From positions 128,835 through 192,834 of the forward strand of contig JAMNXP010000003.1 in the NCBI GenBank assembly GCA_023653095.1: a stretch of 64,000 nt of DNA. Reading direction: 5' to 3'. The stretch is from Bacteroidia bacterium (lineage in GTDB: Bacteria; Bacteroidota; Bacteroidia; NS11-12g; UBA955). This document shows positions 1-8,312 of the stretch, in pieces. Each line of letters opens with the position of its first letter. The first letter of the stretch is position 1. Made by a program: the position numbers and the translations under genes. The notes under the pieces are model-generated. The model was not told the DNA's origin, did no database searches, and was given only the letters and a program-made list of their open reading frames with translations.

Positions 1-554
1 CATTTTTCATCTGGATTAAACAAAGTACCTGCCAAGCTCATGGTTCGCATTTCATCTCCTTCAATTTCAACCAAAATTTCCGGTGAAGCTCCCATCCAAA
101 CGCCGTATTCATTTGTACAAAGCAAATAAACCAAGCTATTGGGATATTTAGTACAAGCAAGTTTAAAAATTTGCAACAACGAATCAAGTGATAATAAGCT
201 CTGAAATTCAACCCATTTCACCCTACTCAACACCGCTTTCTCAAACTTATTCTGCGAAATACCTTCTTTGATCTTTTCAACTTGCTCAGAAAAATGGCTC
301 CAAGTGGAGCTTTCGACTAATTCAGAAGGTAGAATCTCCATATCACCCAATTTCTTCTTCAATTCTTCAACAGCGATTTCAACACCACCATCTTTAAAAG
401 TTCTGATTTTCTCTCCGTCCCAAGACTTGATAAGTGCTTTATGTTCACTTTCATGCTGTTTACCATCCCAATCAACCAGGAATCCTGAGTAATAATCAAG
501 TAAGTCTTTACTGTTTTTTCTTGGACTCCTTAAGAGTAAAAACTGATTATCCAT
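1..554 (-). CDS. menF: Isochorismate synthase, N-terminal part (gene runs off the left edge of the window)
   Basis: My own minus-strand translation from the ATG at 554-552 gives MDNQFLLLRSPRK...FEKAVLSRVKW...GASPEILVEIEGDEMRTMSLAGT. These are chorismate-utilising enzyme motifs. The ORF is missing from the track because it has no stop inside the window. Its start overlaps the stop of the upstream thioesterase by 8 nt. Confidence 0.75.
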   Translation of the reverse strand, partial: MDNQFLLLRSPRKNSKDLLDYYSGFLVDWDGKQHESEHKALIKSWDGEKIRTFKDGGVEIAVEELKKKLGDMEILPSELVESSTWSHFSEQVEKIKEGISQNKFEKAVLSRVKWVEFQSLLSLDSLLQIFKLACTKYPNSLVYLLCTNEYGVWMGASPEILVEIEGDEMRTMSLAGTLFNPDEK

Positions 555-999
555 TTCTCTTTGGATTTGGAATCACGGCCATTGTAATGCTTCCTTTACA
601 AATCAATTTATTCTTTGAATTTGTTAATTCCACTTCCCAAATCTGAGACCTAGAACCAATATGTAAGGGTTTTCCGATTGCCCAAACCTCTTCCCCAATA
701 AATGCCGGACGAAAATGACTACCCTGAATATTCTGTCCAACTGCCACCCTTTCAATCCTATTTAAAACAAGATTTGCTGCAATAGAGCCTACAATTTCTA
801 TTGCTGCCATAGATGCTCCACCGTTCAACATTCCCAAAGGTTGGCAATTTTGTTCACTCACCACCATTTTTGCAGTTAAACTTTGTTCATCTATTGCCGT
901 AAAAATCAAACCTATTGCAGTATTCATCGTTCTTTCACAGCGGGCATTCAATGCGTCAATAGTTATATTTGCGGCATCAAACCAAATTGATTCTGACAT
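547..999 (-). CDS. Hotdog-fold acyl-CoA thioesterase (PaaI/YbdB-like; candidate DHNA-CoA thioesterase)
   Basis: The pattern LGMLNGGASMAAIEIVGS...GSHFRPA is typical of PaaI-type hotdog thioesterases. The gene is coupled to menF. I prefer the ATG at 999 (MSESIW) over the TTG at 1014 used by the track. Confidence 0.7.
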   Translation of the reverse strand: MSESIWFDAANITIDALNARCERTMNTAIGLIFTAIDEQSLTAKMVVSEQNCQPLGMLNGGASMAAIEIVGSIAANLVLNRIERVAVGQNIQGSHFRPAFIGEEVWAIGKPLHIGSRSQIWEVELTNSKNKLICKGSITMAVIPNPKRNG

Positions 1000-1013
1000 A
1001 ATTACAAAGGTCA

Positions 1014-1643
1014 ATGACTACATCCAAAAAAACAATTTATCTCATCAGACACGGACAAACTGACTATAATCTTCGAGGAATCGTTCAAGGTTCAGGTATA
1101 GATTCAGTTTTAAACGAGGAGGGACACAAACAGGCCAAACTTTTTCATCGTTCTTATCAACATATTCCATTCCAAAAAATTTACGTATCCCAGCTTCAAA
1201 GAACGCATCAAAGCGTTGCACCCTTTGTTCAAAATGGGCACCAGCTCACCATCCTCCCCGATCTTAACGAAATAAATTGGGGCATATTAGAAGGCAAAGA
1301 ACCTACCCCTGAAAGGTACCAACACTTTTTAACGATTTCTAAAAAATGGAGAAACGGCGATTATGAAGCCGCTTGCGAAAATTGCGAATCGGCCCAATCA
1401 ATGTATAACAGACAGAAGTCAGCTCTTAAAATCATACAATCTGAAAATACATCTCCCATACTCATTTGTATGCACGGCAGAGCCATAAGAAGTTTTCTGT
1501 GTCTTTTGACACAAACTCCCCTGTCTCAAATGGATAATTTTGGACATGAAAACTTATGCCTCTATATCTTGGAACAAGATGCCCAAAACCCAGAGAACTA
1601 CAACATTAAATTAACCAATTGTACAGATCATCTTAAATCATGA
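1014..1643 (+). CDS. Histidine phosphatase family protein (phosphoglycerate mutase-like)
   Basis: N-terminal IYLIRHGQTDYN (RHG catalytic motif) and a later CMHGRAIRSF histidine motif. Confidence 0.8.
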   Translation: MTTSKKTIYLIRHGQTDYNLRGIVQGSGIDSVLNEEGHKQAKLFHRSYQHIPFQKIYVSQLQRTHQSVAPFVQNGHQLTILPDLNEINWGILEGKEPTPERYQHFLTISKKWRNGDYEAACENCESAQSMYNRQKSALKIIQSENTSPILICMHGRAIRSFLCLLTQTPLSQMDNFGHENLCLYILEQDAQNPENYNIKLTNCTDHLKS

Positions 1644-1963
1644 ACTCCATAAATATTACCATCATAGACCGTGATGGAAACTCCCAAACATACGAAGCCC
1701 CAACCGATATGGGACTAAATCTCATGGAATTTTGCAAAGCCGTAGAATTGCCTGTTAAAGGCGAATGTGGTGGTATGGCCATGTGCGCTACATGTCAAGT
1801 TTATGTAGAAAGCAATCACGAATTACCTGAACAATCAGACGCCGAACTTGACATGCTCGATCAAGCATTTTACGTAAAAAACAACTCCAGATTGGGCTGT
1901 CAACTGCATTTAAACAATCAATTGGATGGCCTAATTGTTAGACTTGCACCAGAAAGTGAATAA
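1640..1963 (+). CDS. [2Fe-2S] ferredoxin, adrenodoxin/vertebrate type
   Basis: Cys pattern CGGMAMCATCQV...LGCQL (C-x5-C-x2-C...C). About 107 aa. ATGA overlap with the upstream gene. Confidence 0.8.
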   Translation: MNSINITIIDRDGNSQTYEAPTDMGLNLMEFCKAVELPVKGECGGMAMCATCQVYVESNHELPEQSDAELDMLDQAFYVKNNSRLGCQLHLNNQLDGLIVRLAPESE

Positions 1964-2000
1964 TTTTTTGAAAAAAATTGCTAATGAAGTCACTGTGTGT

Positions 2001-2008
2001 TATCTTTG
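2001..2008 (+). promoter_or_regulatory. Candidate Bacteroidota sigma-A -7 box (TATCTTTG) for rpsT
   Basis: Matches TAnnTTTG and lies 21 nt upstream of the rpsT ATG. Confidence 0.45.
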
Positions 2009-2028
2009 CACTCCTTTTGTAAGAAGAA

Positions 2029-2283
2029 ATGGCAAATCATAAATCAGCAATAAAGAGAATCAGAGCGAATAACGCGAAAAAAGAGTTGAACCGTTATCAA
2101 CATAAAACCGCTCGTACTATCATCAAGAATGTAAGAAATTCAGAAAATAAAGCTGAAGCTGAAACTTTATTGAAATCTGCTTTCACCGCTCTTGACAAAT
2201 TGGCGAAGAAAAACATCATCCACAAGAACAAAGCAGGTAACTTGAAATCAAGTTTGCAAAAGCATGTTAATGCATTAGCATAA
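2029..2283 (+). CDS. rpsT: 30S ribosomal protein S20
   Basis: MANHKSAIKRIRAN... is the canonical S20 N-terminus. 84 aa and basic. Confidence 0.95.
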   Translation: MANHKSAIKRIRANNAKKELNRYQHKTARTIIKNVRNSENKAEAETLLKSAFTALDKLAKKNIIHKNKAGNLKSSLQKHVNALA

Positions 2284-2312
2284 TCAATTACCACAAACAA
2301 TCTTAATAATAG

Positions 2313-2341
2313 AAAAGAGCCGCTTAAACGGCTCTTTTTTT
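2313..2341. terminator. Rho-independent terminator, probably bidirectional (rpsT and the convergent 2368-3027 gene)
   Basis: AAAAGAGCCG-CTTAAA-CGGCTCTTTTTTT. The GC stem is flanked by an A-run and a T-run. Confidence 0.7.
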
Positions 2342-2367
2342 ATGCTCTATTTTTTAAAGCTTATTTA

Positions 2368-3027
2368 TTAATTGATGATCTCCTTCAACACAACCCTCTT
2401 CAGTTCCGGATTCGTCTTAAAATCAGGCCCAAAAAATCCTTCGAAATAAATCAACCCTACATTCTTAGCCCATTTCAATCGTCCAAATCCTATCCCTTTT
2501 GAATTAAGGCCATTAGGATTCGCTGGACCCTTGAAGTTCTGTTCAGATTCAATTATATCATTATAGGTCTTCCAAGGCGTAGAATAGCTCGTCAATGCCT
2601 TAGAATGACCTATCCACTCAGTTTTGTGATATTGGGCCGAACTATCCAACTTTGGATTAATATAAAAAACAGGATCGTAATAGGGCATGAAAACATCCAC
2701 CATTATTGATGGCTTATTAAGATAGGCGTAACACCAAACAAAAATACTCTGATTTTTAGTACCCATGTATAAATCTATCCCTTCACCATAGGTATAATCA
2801 TCAAACTGCTTTGAGTGGTTATAAATGTAACTTATAGCATAAGTATCTAATTCAGTGGTATCATCAAGGTTGGCATACACATACTTTTTACCGTACCAAT
2901 CTCCAGGTGGAATAAAATAAGATTTTAGAGATTCCGAAAGTGGCAATTCTTCTTGATTTCCGACACATTCCATTTGGACATTAACTATCCAAATAAGCAC
3001 CATCGATAAAAAATACCTAAACTTCAT
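2368..3027 (-). CDS. Hypothetical secreted protein
   Basis: Long ORF with an N-terminal hydrophobic signal-like segment (MKFRYFLSMVLIWIVNV). I recognise no family. Confidence 0.5.
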   Translation of the reverse strand: MKFRYFLSMVLIWIVNVQMECVGNQEELPLSESLKSYFIPPGDWYGKKYVYANLDDTTELDTYAISYIYNHSKQFDDYTYGEGIDLYMGTKNQSIFVWCYAYLNKPSIMVDVFMPYYDPVFYINPKLDSSAQYHKTEWIGHSKALTSYSTPWKTYNDIIESEQNFKGPANPNGLNSKGIGFGRLKWAKNVGLIYFEGFFGPDFKTNPELKRVVLKEIIN

Positions 3028-3046
3028 GTACCAAAGGTACAGAAGT

Positions 3047-3760
3047 TTACTCGTTTACCACCAAAGTACCAATTGACTCACCTTGCATCAATTTCAATAG
3101 ATTTCCCGGTTGATTCATATCAAAAACTACTATGGGCTTATTATTCTCTTGACACAGCGTTATAGCGGTTAGATCCATCACATTTAAACCTAAATCATAT
3201 ACCTCTTTAAACGTGATTTGCTGATACTTTTTCGCACTTGGATTCTTCTCCGGATCTGAGTCGTATATGCCATCAACCCTAGTGCCTTTTAAAACTATAT
3301 CTGCCTCAATCTCAACAGCACGTAATGACGCCGCTGTATCTGTCGTAAAATATGGATTACCGGTTCCAGCACCAAAAATCACCACACGTCCTTTTTCCAA
3401 ATGCCTCATAGCTCGACGTCTTATAAATGGTTCACCAATTTGCTCCATTTTGATGGCGCTCAGAAGACGTGTAATCAATCCAAACTTCTCAAATGAGCCT
3501 TGGATAGCCATTGCATTCATCATGGTGGCTAACATACCCATATAATCACCGGTAGCACGATCTACTACGCCACCTTGTGCACCTTGAACTCCTCTAAATA
3601 TATTTCCACCACCAATTACGATGGCCACTTCTACTCCTTGATCAACCACTGACTTTACTTCTTTTGCATATTGAGCCAAAACCGTTGGATCAATACCGTA
3701 ATCTTGAGACCCTAAAAGACTTTCGCCACTGAGTTTGAGGAGTATTCGTTTGTATTTCAT
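3047..3760 (-). CDS. pyrH: UMP kinase
   Basis: [10 protein letters not shown]...GGGNIFRG...[13 protein letters not shown] motifs. The ATG at 3760 ([13 protein letters not shown]) is preferred. The track start at 3802 lies upstream of the candidate promoter and abuts the tsf terminator. Confidence 0.95.
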   Translation of the reverse strand: MKYKRILLKLSGESLLGSQDYGIDPTVLAQYAKEVKSVVDQGVEVAIVIGGGNIFRGVQGAQGGVVDRATGDYMGMLATMMNAMAIQGSFEKFGLITRLLSAIKMEQIGEPFIRRRAMRHLEKGRVVIFGAGTGNPYFTTDTAASLRAVEIEADIVLKGTRVDGIYDSDPEKNPSAKKYQQITFKEVYDLGLNVMDLTAITLCQENNKPIVVFDMNQPGNLLKLMQGESIGTLVVNE

Positions 3761-3775
3761 TTGATTAATCTTTGA

Positions 3776-3783
3776 CAAATTTA
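3776..3783 (-). promoter_or_regulatory. Candidate -7 box (TAAATTTG) for pyrH
   Basis: Reverse complement of CAAATTTA matches TAnnTTTG. It lies 16 nt upstream of the ATG at 3760. Confidence 0.45.
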
Positions 3784-3802
3784 TTCGTTTTAGTATAAGC
3801 AC

Positions 3803-3835
3803 AAAAAAAAATCCCCCGATTTCGGAGGATTTTTC
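3803..3835 (-). terminator. Rho-independent terminator after tsf
   Basis: Minus strand reads AAAAATCCTCCGAAATCGGGGGATTTTTTTTT, an imperfect GC stem followed by a T-run. Confidence 0.55.
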
Positions 3836-3849
3836 TGTAATTATTTTTC

Positions 3850-4680
3850 TTATCCTAATTGAACCCTTTTGAACTGCTTTACAGTCAAACCAGCTTCAAT
3901 TGAACTCAACATAGCTGCCACAGTCTTGGAGCTATCTTTTACAAATTCTTGGTTCAACAAAGTTGACTCTTTGTAAAACTTCTGAAGTTTACCTTCTGCA
4001 ATTTTATCAATCATCGCTTCTGGCTTACCTTCTTGACGGGCTTGTTCACGACCAATTTCAAGCTCACGCTCAATAGTAGTTGCGTCAACTCCGTCTCTAT
4101 CTACTGCTACTGGATTCATTGCAGCGATTTGCATTGCTACGTCTTTACCAGCTGCGATATTTGCTTCAGATGGTGCATTGCTTAGTTCAACCAAAACACC
4201 CATACGATTTGCACCGTGAATGTAAGGTACTAAGTTAGCTCCTTCAATGATTTCGTATTTTACTACGTCAATTTTTTCACCAATTTTAGCAACCTCTTCC
4301 ATCAAGCGAGCTTCCAAGGTAACAGAACCTACTGTCAAAGCTTTTAATGCTTCAGCAGTTGCGGGCTTGTGTGCAATTGCTGTATCAGCAATCTCATGAG
4401 CAAATGATACGAATCCTTCGTTTTTAGCAACGAAATCTGTCTCACAACTCAACACTATCACAACTCCTACAGTTCCTTCGCTATTGGTTTTAGCAACAAC
4501 TGCACCTTCAGTAGCTTCTCTATCGGCACGTTTTGCGGCAATTTTCGCACCCTTCTTACGAAGGAAGTCGATAGCTGCTTCAAAGTCACCATTGTTTTCA
4601 GAAAGAGCTTGTTTGCAATCCATCAAACCAGCACCAGTCATTTGGCGTAGTTTGTTTACTTCTGCTGCACTAATTGACAT
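3850..4680 (-). CDS. tsf: Translation elongation factor Ts
   Basis: [26 protein letters not shown]... is the canonical EF-Ts UBA-like N-terminus. Confidence 0.95.
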   Translation of the reverse strand: MSISAAEVNKLRQMTGAGLMDCKQALSENNGDFEAAIDFLRKKGAKIAAKRADREATEGAVVAKTNSEGTVGVVIVLSCETDFVAKNEGFVSFAHEIADTAIAHKPATAEALKALTVGSVTLEARLMEEVAKIGEKIDVVKYEIIEGANLVPYIHGANRMGVLVELSNAPSEANIAAGKDVAMQIAAMNPVAVDRDGVDATTIERELEIGREQARQEGKPEAMIDKIAEGKLQKFYKESTLLNQEFVKDSSKTVAAMLSSIEAGLTVKQFKRVQLG

Positions 4681-4684
4681 AATA

Positions 4685-5440
4685 TTAACCTTCTTGAGTT
4701 TCTAAGTTTTCTTCTTGCTTTTCAGCTTTTACTTCTTCGTCTGCTGATTTCTCACGCTTACGTTCTGCAGTACCTTCTAAAATAGCATTCGCAATTTCTG
4801 AAGCAATCAAATGAACGCTCTTTGAAGCATCATCGTTACCAGGGATTGGGAAATCAATATTAGTAGGATCAGAGTTAGTATCAACCAAACCGAAAGTAGG
4901 AATACCTAAGCGAATGGCTTCAGATACTGCAAGGTGTTCTCTGCGAACGTCAACCAAAAACAAGGCACCAGGAAGTTTGGTCATATCTTCGATACCACCC
5001 AACACTCTAGCCAACTTGATTTTTTCACGATCTAACATCAAACGCTCTTTTTTGTTCAAGCGAGTGAATGTTCCATCGTTAGCCATCTTGTCAATACCTT
5101 GCATACGTTTGATGCTCTTGCGAACAGTTTGGAAGTTTGTTAACATACCACCCAACCAACGCTCAGTAATGAAAGGCATACCAGCCCTCTGAGCTTCAGC
5201 CATAACAATTTCCTTAGCTTGCTTTTTGGTAGCCACAAACAAAATGCGTCTTCCAGACTTTGCGATATTCTTGGCAGCTGCTTTCGCATCTTCCAATTTT
5301 GATTCTGTCTTTTTTAGATCGATGATGTGAATTCCATTTTGCTCCATGAAAATGAAAGGAGCCATTTTGGGATTCCACTTGCGGGTAAGGTGACCGAAGT
5401 GTACACCCGCATCGAGTAAATCTTGTTGAGTATAAGCCAT
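4685..5440 (-). CDS. rpsB: 30S ribosomal protein S2
   Basis: [19 protein letters not shown]...RWLGGMLTN are canonical S2 motifs. Confidence 0.97.
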   Translation of the reverse strand: MAYTQQDLLDAGVHFGHLTRKWNPKMAPFIFMEQNGIHIIDLKKTESKLEDAKAAAKNIAKSGRRILFVATKKQAKEIVMAEAQRAGMPFITERWLGGMLTNFQTVRKSIKRMQGIDKMANDGTFTRLNKKERLMLDREKIKLARVLGGIEDMTKLPGALFLVDVRREHLAVSEAIRLGIPTFGLVDTNSDPTNIDFPIPGNDDASKSVHLIASEIANAILEGTAERKREKSADEEVKAEKQEENLETQEG

Positions 5441-5449
5441 TGATCTGTA

Positions 5450-5830
5450 TTATCTTTTTGAGAATTGGAAACGCTTACGCGCTTTCTTTTGTCCACTTTT
5501 CTTTCTTTCAACTACACGAGGGTCACGAGTCATGAAACCAGCTTGACGCAAAGCGCTTTTGTACTCTTCGTTGATATCAACCAACGCTTTAGAAATACCC
5601 AAACGAATTGCTTCTGCTTGCCCTGATACTCCTCCACCGTTAACGTTAACCATCACATCATAGTTTGTATGATTAGCGGTCAACACCAATGGTGATTGAA
5701 CAGAATTTTGGTGCCAAGCCAATGGGAAGTAATCCGACAAAGACTTCTTGTTAACTGTAATCTGCCCATTACCTTCTTTTAGGTAAACTCTTGCTACGGC
5801 AGCTTTTCTTCTTCCTGAGTTGTTATTCAT
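5450..5830 (-). CDS. rpsI: 30S ribosomal protein S9
   Basis: GRRKAAVARVYL...GGGVSGQAEAIRLGISKAL...KKARKRFQFSKR. Confidence 0.95.
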   Translation of the reverse strand: MNNNSGRRKAAVARVYLKEGNGQITVNKKSLSDYFPLAWHQNSVQSPLVLTANHTNYDVMVNVNGGGVSGQAEAIRLGISKALVDINEEYKSALRQAGFMTRDPRVVERKKSGQKKARKRFQFSKR

Positions 5831-5837
5831 AGGATTC

Positions 5838-6281
5838 TCAGATATCGAATTTCAATTCTTTTGGTTGCTGAGCGGCATGTGGGTGTTCAGAACCCTCATA
5901 CACGAACAGATTGTTAAATAATTTTCTACCTAAACGGTTCTTTGGCAACATTCCGCGAATTGCGCTTTCAACAATACGGTCTTTCTTCACCGCTTTCGCC
6001 AAAGCTACACGCTGTCCACCTGGGAAACCTGTGTGACGAATGTATTCTTTCTGATCCATCTTAGCTCCAGTCAACTTAATGTGAGATGCATTGATCACAA
6101 TTACGTGATCTCCGCAGTCTACGTGTGGAGAATAAGCGGGTTTGTGCTTGCCGCGAATAATGGTTGCAATCTTTGAAGCCAAACGACCCAAAGGCTGGCC
6201 TGCTGCGTCTACAACTACCCAATTCTTGGTAATTGTATTCTTATTTGCAGAAATGGTTTTATATGTACTTAACGGATTCAC
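5838..6281 (-). CDS. rplM: 50S ribosomal protein L13
   Basis: LSTYKTISANKNTITKNWVVVDAAGQPLGRLAS... is canonical L13. I prefer the GTG at 6281 (M-NPLSTYKT). The track's upstream extension starts beyond the candidate promoter. Confidence 0.9.
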   Translation of the reverse strand: MNPLSTYKTISANKNTITKNWVVVDAAGQPLGRLASKIATIIRGKHKPAYSPHVDCGDHVIVINASHIKLTGAKMDQKEYIRHTGFPGGQRVALAKAVKKDRIVESAIRGMLPKNRLGRKLFNNLFVYEGSEHPHAAQQPKELKFDI

Positions 6282-6310
6282 TTGCGTTAATTTTATCAAT
6301 TTTGGGGTTG

Positions 6311-6318
6311 CAAAAATA
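6311..6318 (-). promoter_or_regulatory. Candidate -7 box (TATTTTTG) for the rplM-rpsI-rpsB-tsf cluster
   Basis: Reverse complement of CAAAAATA matches TAnnTTTG. It lies about 30 nt upstream of the GTG at 6281. Confidence 0.45.
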
Positions 6319-6381
6319 GGACAATTTTTCGTGGATAACAAGATATCCACAAACTTTTTTAAAAACTATCTAAATAGACAT

Positions 6382-7122
6382 CTACCAATCATCTTCATCT
6401 GGCTTGTAAGCCTCTTTCAAAGCGGCAGACATTCCTTCTACCATTTTCTTAACTTCTTTGTCGGCAGAGATTAAATATCGATCCGTAGATTCAAATCCTT
6501 TTTTCGTACTTCTATAGTATTCGTGGTAGGTTCTAAGTCGATCATTTGACAATCCAACTGGGTCAGTTACGTGTGCAAAGTTGCCAAATTGATACTTGTA
6601 TCGAGCCTCTTTGAACCTTAGTACCATGACATACTCCATCTCTCCATCTCTTCTTTTCGCGTATTCTCCAAGAGTAACAACCATTGGCATTACCACCTTC
6701 ATATAAATTAACTGATTGGGCTTCTCTTCCACAATCATCTTTTTGTATTGCTTTTCACCAAAACGCTTGATCAAAAATCTTTTCGCTCTTGCAAACAAAC
6801 TATCTTCACCGCAGGTTTCACACTCCTCGTCATCAACAACTCCTTCATAGAAAATCAATTCCCTCAAGGAGTCATAGGGAGGAACAAATCTCACATAAGG
6901 CTTTTTTTCTATGGGTTTGGGGGAATTATCTGCAGCACCGCCGCCCCAAGCCCCGCCTCCGGCAGATACCTCCATCGATGCGGTGTCATTTGATGCAACT
7001 TCATCACCTTCGTCTCCCCATTGAGCAGAAAGACTAGTTACAGCCAAAAAAGCTGCAAAAAAGAATACTTTATAGCAGGCAACCTTGCGGTTGCTGTTGA
7101 ATGTCCGTTTCACTCTTACCAA
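6382..7122 (-). CDS. Secreted hypothetical protein, DUF4468-like
   Basis: Signal peptide (FFFAAFLAVTSLSAQ), then a Gly/acidic linker. ELIFYEGVV...LFARAKRFL...VLRFKEARYKYQFGNF resembles the DUF4468 pattern as I recall it. Confidence 0.45.
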   Translation of the reverse strand: MVRVKRTFNSNRKVACYKVFFFAAFLAVTSLSAQWGDEGDEVASNDTASMEVSAGGGAWGGGAADNSPKPIEKKPYVRFVPPYDSLRELIFYEGVVDDEECETCGEDSLFARAKRFLIKRFGEKQYKKMIVEEKPNQLIYMKVVMPMVVTLGEYAKRRDGEMEYVMVLRFKEARYKYQFGNFAHVTDPVGLSNDRLRTYHEYYRSTKKGFESTDRYLISADKEVKKMVEGMSAALKEAYKPDEDDW

Positions 7123-7211
7123 TGACTAAATAATTACAATTCCGCGAATATAATGGCAAGAACGAAAAATTCTTTTATTTATTGTACCGCACACAACGAT
7201 TGTTCAATCAA

Positions 7212-8228
7212 TTAAACAGATTTGGGAAATCTACCCTTACTGAATATTCGACCAGCTGGCTTGCCTTTTCTGAGCTTAATTTGCTCAGCCTCTGGCAGTT
7301 CCAAAATTGATTGACATTCTGAAGAACAGCAATGATTGAATTTTTCAGCACACTTAGAACATTGAATAAAAAGTAAATGACAGCCAACATTGGCACAATT
7401 AATATGAGTATCAGCAGGCTTACCGCATTGATGACACTCAGCTAATACATCATCACTCACCCTTTCATGCAACCTTTGATCAAAAACAAAATTCACTCCT
7501 TTGAATTTATTCTCAATTCCTTGCTGTTTGGTTTGGTTTACATAGTTTATGATTCCACCTTTTAAGTGGTAGACTTCGTTAAATCCGTTATAACGCATCC
7601 AAGCACTCGCTTTCTCACATCTGATTCCACCGGTACAATACATCAAGATTTTCTTGTCACGAGTTTCATTGTACTCATCAATGACCAATTTAAGTTCTTC
7701 TCTGAAAGTATCGGCATCGGGACAACTCGCTCCTTCAAATCTTCCAACCTCACTCTCGTAGTGATTGCGCATATCAATAACCACCGTTTCAGGGTCTGAT
7801 AAATACTTATTCCAATCTTCGGCTTCTAAATATTTCCCAGTATCTGATGGATTAAAATGAGGATCGTCTATACCATCAGCCACAATCTTGTTGCGAACCT
7901 TTAAATCTAATTTGATGAATGATTTTTGATTTTCTTCAATGGCAATATTTAATCGGATTCCATTTAAAAAGTCTATGGTAAATAAATCCTCCCTAAACGC
8001 TTCAAAATGAACTGAAGGCAACGCAATTTGGGCATTAATTCCCTCATTGGCAACGTAAACTCGTCCCACAACCTCAAAGGGCTGCCAACGCAAATACAAT
8101 TGATCTCTAAAATCTTGGGGATTCTCAATCTGAAAATAACGGTAGAAGGAGATGGTGGTATATTGCCTATTGTCGGCATCCATACGACGTTTTAACTCCT
8201 CCCGACTAACAATGTTTCGCAATAACAT
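7212..8228 (-). CDS. trhO: Rhodanese-related sulfurtransferase / tRNA uridine(34) hydroxylase (UPF0176, YceA)
   Basis: ISFYRYF..., the rhodanese loop YCTGGIRCEKAS, and a Cys-rich C-terminal extension. Confidence 0.85.
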   Translation of the reverse strand: MLLRNIVSREELKRRMDADNRQYTTISFYRYFQIENPQDFRDQLYLRWQPFEVVGRVYVANEGINAQIALPSVHFEAFREDLFTIDFLNGIRLNIAIEENQKSFIKLDLKVRNKIVADGIDDPHFNPSDTGKYLEAEDWNKYLSDPETVVIDMRNHYESEVGRFEGASCPDADTFREELKLVIDEYNETRDKKILMYCTGGIRCEKASAWMRYNGFNEVYHLKGGIINYVNQTKQQGIENKFKGVNFVFDQRLHERVSDDVLAECHQCGKPADTHINCANVGCHLLFIQCSKCAEKFNHCCSSECQSILELPEAEQIKLRKGKPAGRIFSKGRFPKSV

Positions 8229-8253
8229 GGTGGGGGTAGTAAATATGCCACAA

Positions 8254-8290
8254 AGATAAAAAAAAGAGGGAGCCTAAGCCCCCTCTTTCA
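8254..8290 (-). terminator. Rho-independent terminator after the 8313-10358 gene
   Basis: Minus strand reads AAAGAGGG-GGCTTAGGCT-CCCTCTTTTTTTT. Confidence 0.6.
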
Positions 8291-8312
8291 AAAAAATCAA
8301 TTTCAGATTGAA

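Noticed and set aside
3761-3802. N-terminal extensions offered by the ORF track for pyrH (3802), rplM (6350), thyA (34118), sucA (13166), infB (40920), rimP (39094) and several signal-peptide proteins.
   Set aside because: These extensions begin at TTG or GTG codons upstream of an ATG, or of a conserved N-terminus that matches the family. For pyrH and rplM they would start upstream of the candidate -7 box or abut or lie just beyond a terminator. I used the shorter starts.
5314-5511. 65-aa minus ORF spanning the rpsI-rpsB junction.
   Set aside because: It is out of frame with both ribosomal protein genes and overlaps them. It is spurious.
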